Virus record (IMG/VR): IMGVR_UViG_2623620497_000001
Coordinates: 1-5,745 of that record
DNA length: 5,745 nucleotides
Strand: one strand, 5' to 3'
Origin: a virus
Taxonomy: Duplodnaviria; Heunggongvirae; Uroviricota; Caudoviricetes
Part shown: in pieces, positions 1 through 5,745 of the stretch
How the letters are laid out: the number at the start of each line of letters is the position of its first letter
How positions within the stretch are numbered: the first letter of the stretch is position 1
Position numbers and translations under genes: made by a program
Notes under the pieces: model-generated
Database searches by the model: none
Told to the model about the DNA's origin: nothing
Seen by the model: the letters and a program-made list of their open reading frames with translations, nothing else

Positions 1-266
1 ATCCCGTTTTTCCCCACCACCCGTTCTTCCAGCTTGTCAAATACACCAATGACCAGATCGTGGTTGTTATCAAGGTAACGGGCCTGCTCACGTAACGACA
101 CGGCCCCGTACTGGCTTAACTGGTCGGCAGTTCGGTTCTCCCGTCGGGCTTTGTGTGTCCGCGTCGTTTTTACGGCCTCATAAGCCTGAATCACCGCACG
201 GGAACGCAGCCTTGCCGCTTTCCATCCTGGTGAAAAAACGCCAATCACATCATCAAGAATTGCCAT
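1..266 (-). CDS. Phage portal protein (lambda-family), N-terminal 88 codons; gene continues past the window start
   Basis: Minus-strand ATG at 266-264 shares the A of the upstream gene's TGA stop (268-266). The frame stays open to position 1 (MAILDDVIGVFSPGWKAARLRSRAVIQAYEAVKTTRTHKARRENRTADQLSQYGAVSLREQARYLDNNHDLVIGVFDKLEERVVGKNG...). It occupies the slot after the terminase and gpW genes, which is where lambda-like phages place the portal gene. The call rests on gene order; the family was not recognised from sequence. Confidence 0.55.
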   Translation of the reverse strand, partial: MAILDDVIGVFSPGWKAARLRSRAVIQAYEAVKTTRTHKARRENRTADQLSQYGAVSLREQARYLDNNHDLVIGVFDKLEERVVGKNG

Positions 267-484
267 CAGAACCTCGCCAGCCGGTACCCGGGATGCCCCC
301 GTCGTCGTGTAATCAGAGCCGCAAGGCGGCGCTCCCACTCCTGCCGTCCCTGCCGGATCTCAGATAAGTTTTCCATGGTCATCTGCTGACCATTAAAAGT
401 GACGGATTTTCCGTCCAGCACCGCCATTTCAGCTTCCGTATAACGCTGAATCATGGCTTCAATATCATTCTGATTCATAACCAT
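266..484 (-). CDS. gpW-like head-tail joining / head completion protein
   Basis: 72-aa ORF immediately after the large terminase, overlapping its 3' end by 10 nt. Its size and the C-terminal RRRGHPGY motif resemble what I recall of lambda gpW (about 68 aa, C-terminal RRRGPAGF). Confidence 0.65.
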   Translation of the reverse strand: MVMNQNDIEAMIQRYTEAEMAVLDGKSVTFNGQQMTMENLSEIRQGRQEWERRLAALITRRRGHPGYRLARF

Positions 485-2577
485 CCTCCGGAAGTCAGCC
501 AGGGGTTAACATCGTCAGTTACTGTTTTCTTCCGTTTTTGTTTTTTAACAGGCGTGGATACCGGCTCCGGTGAGGGTGACGGTTCGGTACTGTCCGGGAC
601 ACACTCCAGCCAGGTTTCCCGGCTCGCCCACTCCGGTGCATCCGGCCAGCGGATCTTTTCGTATCCATGCAGAATGACCAGCGCCTCGGCATACACCATC
701 AGGTCAAAAGCTTCGTTGGCACCGCGACCCGGCTTACTCCATTTCCCGTCACTGCTCCGCTCTTCATACGTCAGTTCGTCGTAAAACCAGCTCCCCAGCC
801 AGTCAGGGAAATGCACATAGCCTGGACCTGGCGAGTCACGCCATAACGCGTTATTCACCCGGTCTTTCAGGGCATCCGTCTGAAGAAGCCAGAGCGGCAC
901 ATCACCTGCGGCCTGCGCCCGGCGGCCCGTTCGTCCGGTGTTATCAGGGAATGTACGGCTGATCAGTTTTGCGCGCCGGATGCTGTCGCCCTTAAACAGG
1001 TAAATACGTTTACCAAGGCCATCACGACGGCAACGACGCCAGAATTTATAGGCATTATCAGTGACCCCGTCTTCACCGCCGGAATCCACCGCCATTGCCA
1101 TCAGTCGCATTTGTTGAGAAGGATCGGAGGCCAGCGGCCAGCTTTTATGAAAAACATCCGTCAGCAGGACATCCCAGTCTTCCGGATAGCTGGCCGGATC
1201 AATTCGCTGGCTCTCCCCGTCGCTGTCACCGCGCAATGACTGCGTGATGTTGTAACGATCAATAATCCAGCGTTCGCCACGGCTGCCATAGCCCGTTACC
1301 TGAACCACAAAACGGCGATGACGTCCCGCCTGCACATCAACTGTCGCCACCAGGAAATTAACGCCATCCGGCACACTGCGGGAAGGAACTGGCTCTGCCC
1401 GCTGCTCAAGCAGTTCACTTTTTCGTTGCTCCATGCTGGCACGGGGAAGATAAGGTAATCCCCAGTCGGTATTGATAACCGTCTTGAGTGTTTCTTCACT
1501 TCCGGTTGTCTCGTATTCCTGTTCTGCAGTAAGCAGTTTGTAAACGAGTTGCGAGAGTGTCTGGTAAGCAGCTGCCGGACCCTCCATCCAGAATGACGCA
1601 ATACGTGAGCGTCGGGGATCACCATAACGACTGCCATCCGCATTGATGGATTCACCATCCCGCAACCAGACCCCACGTCCGTTCAGCTCACGTTTTTGTT
1701 CAGGCATAATCCGTCCTGAACAGGAAGGACACTGAATATAAGCCGCCTCACTTGCCAGCACGGGATCGGCAATATCACGGAAACCAGCAACCACATCGCC
1801 GCAGGGCTGAAAATACTCACCACAGTGTGGACAGGGCCAGTACCAGCGACGGCGATCGCCACGGTTATAGAGCGACAGTATCCCCGTGGTTGGTGGAGCC
1901 TCATGCGGTGAAGTCCGTCGCCATTTCACATCCTTCACATCCCTGCCGGGGGAACTCTCCACCAGCGTCATACCACTGGACATAAATGTGGTGGTACGTT
2001 TTGAGGCAAGAGAGAAGGCATCCCCCTCGCCATCAATATCTTCCGGAAAACGGTCATAATCCGTCAGCGCCACGCATTTATAATCTGATGAGGACATGAT
2101 ATTGACTGACGGCCAGCCGATTTTCAGGTAGTTGCCAGCAAGGAATGTTCTGTCATAAACGTTGTTGTCATTTTTGTTCGGACTCAGGCGACTGACCACT
2201 TCCGGGCTGACGCGAAACGTTCTGGCAAGTCGTTTTTTGGAGTGTTCGCGGGCTTTTTCCTCCGTCATCTGAATGATCAGCATATCAGCAGGATCGCAAA
2301 TCACATTGTAAATCACCCAGCCGTCAATCAGGCCGATAGTCTTGCCAGTTCGTGCCGGGCCAACAAATATCACTGCGTCGTATTCACGCGAGGCCAGGCA
2401 GTTCATCGGCTCAATAACATACGGTGCCACCAGCGGATCCCACGGGACTGAATTCCCGGCCCCCATGGGCACCCGCATATACTGAGCAACGGCATCAGCA
2501 ACCAGCATTCGTCTCGGTGCGCGAAGGATATAACCTGAATCGGTTCGTGCTGCCTTTGCGGTTTCCTGATTCAGCAT
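475..2577 (-). CDS. Terminase large subunit, lambda GpA family
   Basis: 700-aa ORF with a Walker A-like P-loop VGPARTGKT near the N-terminus and a CPHCGEYF motif resembling CPHCGEEQ of lambda gpA. Its ATG shares a base with the stop of the upstream small-subunit gene (TAATG at 2575-2579). Confidence 0.9.
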   Translation of the reverse strand: MLNQETAKAARTDSGYILRAPRRMLVADAVAQYMRVPMGAGNSVPWDPLVAPYVIEPMNCLASREYDAVIFVGPARTGKTIGLIDGWVIYNVICDPADMLIIQMTEEKAREHSKKRLARTFRVSPEVVSRLSPNKNDNNVYDRTFLAGNYLKIGWPSVNIMSSSDYKCVALTDYDRFPEDIDGEGDAFSLASKRTTTFMSSGMTLVESSPGRDVKDVKWRRTSPHEAPPTTGILSLYNRGDRRRWYWPCPHCGEYFQPCGDVVAGFRDIADPVLASEAAYIQCPSCSGRIMPEQKRELNGRGVWLRDGESINADGSRYGDPRRSRIASFWMEGPAAAYQTLSQLVYKLLTAEQEYETTGSEETLKTVINTDWGLPYLPRASMEQRKSELLEQRAEPVPSRSVPDGVNFLVATVDVQAGRHRRFVVQVTGYGSRGERWIIDRYNITQSLRGDSDGESQRIDPASYPEDWDVLLTDVFHKSWPLASDPSQQMRLMAMAVDSGGEDGVTDNAYKFWRRCRRDGLGKRIYLFKGDSIRRAKLISRTFPDNTGRTGRRAQAAGDVPLWLLQTDALKDRVNNALWRDSPGPGYVHFPDWLGSWFYDELTYEERSSDGKWSKPGRGANEAFDLMVYAEALVILHGYEKIRWPDAPEWASRETWLECVPDSTEPSPSPEPVSTPVKKQKRKKTVTDDVNPWLTSGGWL

Positions 2578-3068
2578 TACTCCTCCTGCTGTAATTCCTC
2601 CTCATCATCCGCACCTGCTTCGGTCACCCGCAGGGCTATCTGATCGCGCAGATCATCAATAATGGACTGAACACGGCTCACAGCGGCAGGCTGCAGGCCG
2701 CAGTCACGTTCCAGAATATCCGGTAATGTCTCCAGCACCTGCACGACCGCTTTTGCCCAGATGGCAAACTCCCGTCTGACATCACTGGCCGGAATGAGTT
2801 GTGCCGTTTCCTGTTCGAACTTAAGACGCTCACGTTCAGACTGATACCAGGCTTTGCGTTCATGTGGATCCATTTCGCCCTCAGCAACCGGCGGTGGTAA
2901 CCCCATAAATTCAGTCAGAATATCGGTCAACCGATATAGCTTGAGTTTGTCATGTCCACCAGCGGGACGAATGTTTTTCAGTCTTGCCACGACAGTCTGG
3001 CGGTGCAGACCAGATAAAGCCGCCAGTTGATTAATATTCAGCACCAAGTTTTTCAACTCATGATCCAT
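2577..3068 (-). CDS. Terminase small subunit, Nu1-like (N-terminal helix-turn-helix)
   Basis: 163-aa ORF directly upstream of and coupled to the large terminase. The N-terminus (LVLNINQLAALSGLHRQTVVARLKNI) has an HTH-like pattern as in lambda Nu1, and the C-terminus is acidic. A GGAGG Shine-Dalgarno lies 4 nt upstream of the ATG at 3068. Confidence 0.8.
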   Translation of the reverse strand: MDHELKNLVLNINQLAALSGLHRQTVVARLKNIRPAGGHDKLKLYRLTDILTEFMGLPPPVAEGEMDPHERKAWYQSERERLKFEQETAQLIPASDVRREFAIWAKAVVQVLETLPDILERDCGLQPAAVSRVQSIIDDLRDQIALRVTEAGADDEEELQQEE

Positions 3069-3123
3069 ATTTCCTCCGGAGAGCTTTAAACATGCATCGT
3101 GCGAACAACTTTAAGAAAACGCG

Positions 3124-3157
3124 TTCGATGTCGAACAAAAACCGCTCAATTCGACAT
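3124..3157. promoter_or_regulatory. Putative cosB-type terminase/IHF binding repeats
   Basis: ATGTCGAA (3128-3135) and TTCGACAT (3150-3157) form a perfect 8-bp inverted repeat with a 14-bp spacer. A third TTCGA half-site is at 3124-3128 and A-tracts follow. It lies between the putative cosN and the small terminase start, where lambda has its R elements and IHF site. Confidence 0.3.
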
Positions 3158-3230
3158 ACAAAAAACAAATAACCATTAATAATCAATAAGATGCAAAGAT
3201 GATGGTGGCCGATAAAAATGCAAAAACTAG

Positions 3231-3262
3231 CCTTTTTCCGCGACGCTCCCGCCCCGTGGTAG
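3231..3262 (-). other. Putative cosN (cohesive-end nicking site)
   Basis: Minus-strand 5'-CACGGGGCGGGAGCGTCGCGGAAAAAGG-3' resembles, from memory, the lambda cos junction ...ACG|GGGCGGCGACCTCGCGGG... . The presumed nick is about 186 nt upstream of the small terminase ATG, close to the roughly 190 nt I recall for lambda Nu1. Confidence 0.35.
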
Positions 3263-3362
3263 GCAACCCCGCCGGGAGGACCCATAAGAAAACACAGGTC
3301 CGACCGCCGTTTTGAATTCTCTTCTAAACGACTCTAGTTTGATTTGAGTATGCAATACGCGT

Positions 3363-3387
3363 AAAAAAGCCCCGCATAGGCGAGGCT
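3363..3387 (-). terminator. Rho-independent terminator downstream of the peptidase gene
   Basis: Minus-strand 5'-AGCCUCGC CUAU GCGGGGCU UUUUUU-3': an 8-bp GC-rich stem with one G-U wobble, a 4-nt loop and a run of six U. It starts 18 nt after the TAA stop at 3408-3406. Confidence 0.6.
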
Positions 3388-3405
3388 GGAATCAGACAGG
3401 GGGGA

Positions 3406-4308
3406 TTAAGACTGGATATTCCAAATCATTGCGTTACCGTTATGATTTTCAATGATTTTTGCCAGTGGTGCTCCACCAAAAGAATGCATGTAGCTGTGAT
3501 GTATAGTCAAAACCAAATCTTGAAGTACTTGATCACTTTCAAGTTCGGTAACATTCAACCCAATTTTCTGCGCCTTATCAAAATGAATATGACGCGAGTG
3601 GGTATAGGTTGTGTGATGGTTGTTTAACTCTGAACAAACATGTGTTGCTTTTGATTCTGCCTCAGGATCATTATCAAACATGCCTGTCATAAGCCAATGC
3701 TTAACAATCTCATTTGCCCATTTGATTGCTTTCTCACACTCGCCGATGATCGTCGGGTTTAGCTTTTGAAGAATGAACTGCCACATCTGAACAGCTGCGG
3801 GATTTTGAAAAATTTCCGTCTGCGCACGATTCCATTCTTCAATGATGGCATGGGTGGAGAAACCGTTGAACTGAGGATCAATTGGGCCAATGTTGGACTG
3901 TTTACCCATGATGATTTCATTGGCACAACATGCAAGCATAGTTCCGCAGGACATTGAAATCATAGGAACAATTGCTCTGATGTTAGTTCCAAACTTCGAC
4001 CTTAAGTAATGCCCGATTGATTCCAAAGCGGCAATATCACCACCTGGAGTATGAAGTATCAAATCCAACCCTTTTGATACATCTAAACCATTGATGGCTG
4101 TCATCAACCCGTTCTTATCATCATCAGTCATCTGAGTAAGATGGCGTACTTCTGCACCACCATGCTGTAACCACCCTGAGTAATATGTGATTACATTTCT
4201 TCCAGTATGATTCGAAAGTTGAGATAAGTATTTACGGCGAACCTCATCCATAGGACTTTTATGGGCGAGAGCCGTTATCTCGCCCAGTACGTCGCTCCAA
4301 TTAGGCAT
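3406..4308 (-). CDS. ClpP/crotonase-fold serine peptidase, SDH (serine dehydrogenase proteinase)-like
   Basis: 300-aa ORF. The segment DLILHTPGGDIAALESIGHYLRSKFGTNIRAIVPMISMSCGTMLACCANEIIMGK aligns by eye with the ClpP core (..[48 protein letters not shown]..), placing a Ser at the nucleophile position. The gene sits in an AT-rich block unlike the flanking phage genes. Its ATG (4308-4306) is 3 nt after the stop of the upstream small ORF and has no Shine-Dalgarno of its own, implying translational coupling. Confidence 0.7.
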   Translation of the reverse strand: MPNWSDVLGEITALAHKSPMDEVRRKYLSQLSNHTGRNVITYYSGWLQHGGAEVRHLTQMTDDDKNGLMTAINGLDVSKGLDLILHTPGGDIAALESIGHYLRSKFGTNIRAIVPMISMSCGTMLACCANEIIMGKQSNIGPIDPQFNGFSTHAIIEEWNRAQTEIFQNPAAVQMWQFILQKLNPTIIGECEKAIKWANEIVKHWLMTGMFDNDPEAESKATHVCSELNNHHTTYTHSRHIHFDKAQKIGLNVTELESDQVLQDLVLTIHHSYMHSFGGAPLAKIIENHNGNAMIWNIQS

Positions 4309-4311
4309 AAA

Positions 4312-4512
4312 TCAGTACGTGTAAAGTTGATGACTTGTAGTTTGGTTTTGCTTCGATTGTGTAGCGGTACCTTGTGAGTACCAAACACCTGTGTTTCCAC
4401 TCGTACTAGTTTGCTGTGCCATTACACGAGAAGCGAAGTTGTTAACAGTTTCACCAGTCAACATTTCTGCCGGTTTGATATTGTAAACATCGTAGAACTC
4501 AGCTGGGGTCAT
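4312..4512 (-). CDS. Small hypothetical protein (66 aa) with polar low-complexity C-terminal tail; first gene of the moron operon
   Basis: ATG at 4512-4510 is preceded by AAGGAG with an 8-nt spacer. The C-terminal half is rich in Q/T/S/N (QQTSTSGNTGVWYSQGTATQSKQNQTTSHQLYTY). It is tightly linked to the peptidase gene. No family was recognised. Confidence 0.55.
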   Translation of the reverse strand: MTPAEFYDVYNIKPAEMLTGETVNNFASRVMAQQTSTSGNTGVWYSQGTATQSKQNQTTSHQLYTY

Positions 4513-4520
4513 AATGATAG

Positions 4521-4600
4521 CTCCTTTTATAGCGCTACATATAGTGCCTGTGCTAAGGGGGACATACTATATGTGCCATTGTTGTCATATTTAAATGTGC
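4521..4600 (-). promoter_or_regulatory. Putative promoter/operator region of the moron operon
   Basis: AT-rich leader immediately upstream of the small ORF. A candidate -10 TATAGT (minus strand) has a weak -35-like TTAAAT 17 nt upstream. A perfect 9-bp inverted repeat ACATATAGT (4537-4545) / ACTATATGT (4566-4574) overlaps the region. Promoter assignment is tentative. Confidence 0.3.
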
Positions 4601-4621
4601 AAAAAGCCTCAAAAGAGGCTT
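4598..4621 (-). terminator. Hairpin with U-tract (weak intrinsic terminator or insulator) upstream of the moron
   Basis: Minus-strand 5'-AAGCCUC UUUU GAGGCUU UUUG-3': a 7-bp stem, 4-nt loop and five U counting the last two stem bases. The plus-strand version is followed by GAAAAAG, so it would act only on the minus strand. Confidence 0.35.
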
Positions 4622-4882
4622 GAAAAAGATGCAAAAATACTATCTATGACGTGACTATAGCTACTTACCCACAGTTTATACAAGCCAAAAATGCTAAATT
4701 CAGATAATCCTATTCGCTGAAAAACTACACAAAAGCTACGTTCATCTTGTCATTAGATAACGTCAGTAACTTTCACTAGATCTAAGCCATTGGTGAAAAA
4801 GCTAATTGCATGATGAAGCACTGTAATGTAGCAGTTGAGGTTGTTAAATGAGAATCACCCTAACAATGTCAACGGACATTAT

Positions 4883-5419
4883 TCATTTTCGTAACTTCTC
4901 AATCTCTCGTATACCCGCCAGGTTATTGTTGCCCTTCTCAATAACAGCCAGCAAAGGTTCAATCCAGAGGACGGCCTGGCAATACGTCATTGAGCTGGCG
5001 GCAGCGGTACTATCATCGGTTGCGTTAGTGTTCCCGGTATCGGGGTGCATTGCGCTGGCACGTAAACGGTACGCGTATTTGAGCAGCCCACCAGCGACAT
5101 CAGCAGGAACAGGCAGATCACAGGTCTTTTCACGTCGGAGAATCTCCCGGTATTCGATGACAGTTTTCTCAGTACCGGCATCGATCAGCGAGTTAAGGCG
5201 GTTGGCGTTCTCTGCTATCTGGTTAAACCGATTGAAGTTGAAAGCCTGTGTAGTTATCACCGTCGCCTGCAGCGCGTTATCATTACGTAATACCCGATTC
5301 TCACTCTGTTCTGTTTCAAGAGCTGAGCGGCTACGAACCAGTAATACGCTAAGCACTGCAATAATGATTACGACAGCCACCAGCAGAACCGCAACAATCG
5401 TAATTTTTCTGGGTTTCAT
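4883..5419 (-). CDS. Rz: Rz-like i-spanin (type II inner-membrane lysis protein)
   Basis: 178-aa ORF whose ATG shares a base with the endolysin TGA stop (TGATG at 5417-5421). It has an N-terminal transmembrane segment (ITIVAVLLVAVVIIIAVLSVLLV) followed by a charged periplasmic domain, and it contains an embedded out-of-frame lipoprotein ORF. Confidence 0.75.
   Translation of the reverse strand: MKPRKITIVAVLLVAVVIIIAVLSVLLVRSRSALETEQSENRVLRNDNALQATVITTQAFNFNRFNQIAENANRLNSLIDAGTEKTVIEYREILRREKTCDLPVPADVAGGLLKYAYRLRASAMHPDTGNTNATDDSTAAASSMTYCQAVLWIEPLLAVIEKGNNNLAGIREIEKLRK
4987..5181 (-). CDS. Rz1: Rz1-like o-spanin lipoprotein embedded in Rz in another frame; true start probably the internal GTG near 5133
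   Basis: The ORF lies entirely inside Rz in a different frame. It has a lipoprotein signal with lipobox (VKRPVICLFLLMSLVG|C) followed by a short proline-rich mature part (CSNTRTVYVPAQCTPIPGTLTQPMIVPLPPAQ), which is the classic Rz1 signature. Confidence 0.6.
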   Translation of the reverse strand: MPVLRKLSSNTGRFSDVKRPVICLFLLMSLVGCSNTRTVYVPAQCTPIPGTLTQPMIVPLPPAQ

Positions 5420-5745
5420 CAGAATACCCCCGGAACTGATACCGGAATGCCTGGGTTAAGCGGCCCGAGCCCATCACCAAGAACCTGAGGTTTTTCTGCC
5501 CACAGGCAAACTTCACGCTCAATCTCACGACGAGTCATCAGGCCTTTCCATTGCTTACCGCCAGCGTATATCCAGCGACGTAGCTGGTCACATGCGCCTT
5601 TGATATCGCCCTGGTTTATTTTGCGAAGAAGCGTCGATGTTCTGAAATTGCCAGCACCCACGTTGTAGACGAACGAGTAAAGAGCGCCGCGCGTTGTTTC
5701 CGGTATATCGACTTTGATGTACGGGTTAATTTGTCTGGCAACCGT
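5419..5745 (-). CDS. Phage endolysin (lysozyme, GH24 T4/P22-type), C-terminal part; gene continues past the window end
   Basis: The minus-strand frame is open from the window edge: [58 protein letters not shown]..., which matches what I recall of enterobacterial prophage lysozymes. It is immediately followed by Rz/Rz1. The Met at 5661 in the ORF track is an internal GTG, not the start. Confidence 0.8.
   Translation of the reverse strand, partial: TVARQINPYIKVDIPETTRGALYSFVYNVGAGNFRTSTLLRKINQGDIKGACDQLRRWIYAGGKQWKGLMTRREIEREVCLWAEKPQVLGDGLGPLNPGIPVSVPGVF

Noticed and set aside
155-2451. Plus-strand ORFs 155-367, 554-784, 1752-1985 and 2242-2451, and the minus-strand alternate-frame ORFs 1296-1676 and 1683-1904
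   Set aside because: All are embedded within the portal, gpW or large terminase genes in antisense or alternate frames, and their translations are Arg/Ser/Pro-rich as expected for spurious frames in GC-rich coding DNA.
2678-2887. 69-aa minus-strand ORF inside the small terminase gene
   Set aside because: Alternate frame of a well-supported gene, with no independent start signals.
3058-3285. 75-aa minus-strand ORF spanning the cos region
   Set aside because: It overlaps the small terminase start and the putative cos site, and has a hydrophobic low-complexity translation and no Shine-Dalgarno. The region is better explained as cosN/cosB non-coding DNA.
3442-3957. Plus-strand ORFs 3442-3627 and 3766-3957
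   Set aside because: Antisense to the peptidase gene; no ribosome-binding sites.
3406-4308. Peptidase as the phage's own prohead (head maturation) protease
   Set aside because: In lambda-like gene order the head protease/scaffold lies downstream of the portal gene, beyond this window. This gene sits upstream of cos in an AT-rich block with its own terminator, which fits cargo rather than morphogenesis. A sequence search would be needed to exclude it fully.
4411-4623. 70-aa plus-strand ORF overlapping the small moron ORF and its leader
   Set aside because: Antisense to an ORF with a strong Shine-Dalgarno, and it runs through the hairpin and promoter region.
4848-5459. 203-aa plus-strand ORF, considered as a possible bor-like gene in opposite orientation
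   Set aside because: It lies entirely antisense to Rz/Rz1. The minus-strand genes have a coupled start, a transmembrane segment and an embedded lipoprotein, which explains the locus better. The plus-strand product is low-complexity with no Shine-Dalgarno.
1-5745. CRISPR arrays, tRNA/rRNA genes, integrase or transposase/IS elements
   Set aside because: No regularly spaced direct repeats, no cloverleaf-like tRNA candidates, and no recombinase-like ORFs were seen. The moron has no flanking inverted or direct repeats that I could identify.

Overview
This window is the late-gene region of a lambda-like, cos-packaging prophage, probably enterobacterial, with every supportable gene on the minus strand. 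Reading along that strand the order is endolysin (3' part) -> Rz/Rz1 spanins -> AT-rich two-gene insertion -> cos -> Nu1-like small terminase -> GpA-like large terminase -> gpW-like protein -> portal (5' part). The part worth most attention is the ~1.3 kb insertion between the spanin gene and cos (about 3363-4625). It has its own Shine-Dalgarno site and terminator and encodes a 66-aa protein with a polar low-complexity tail, translationally coupled to a 300-aa ClpP-fold (SDH-type) serine peptidase. This looks like a moron and is the best candidate for an accessory or anti-phage system here. All family assignments come from reading the translations and from memory of the families; no database search was run. 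No rRNA, tRNA, CRISPR array, integrase or transposase was seen.
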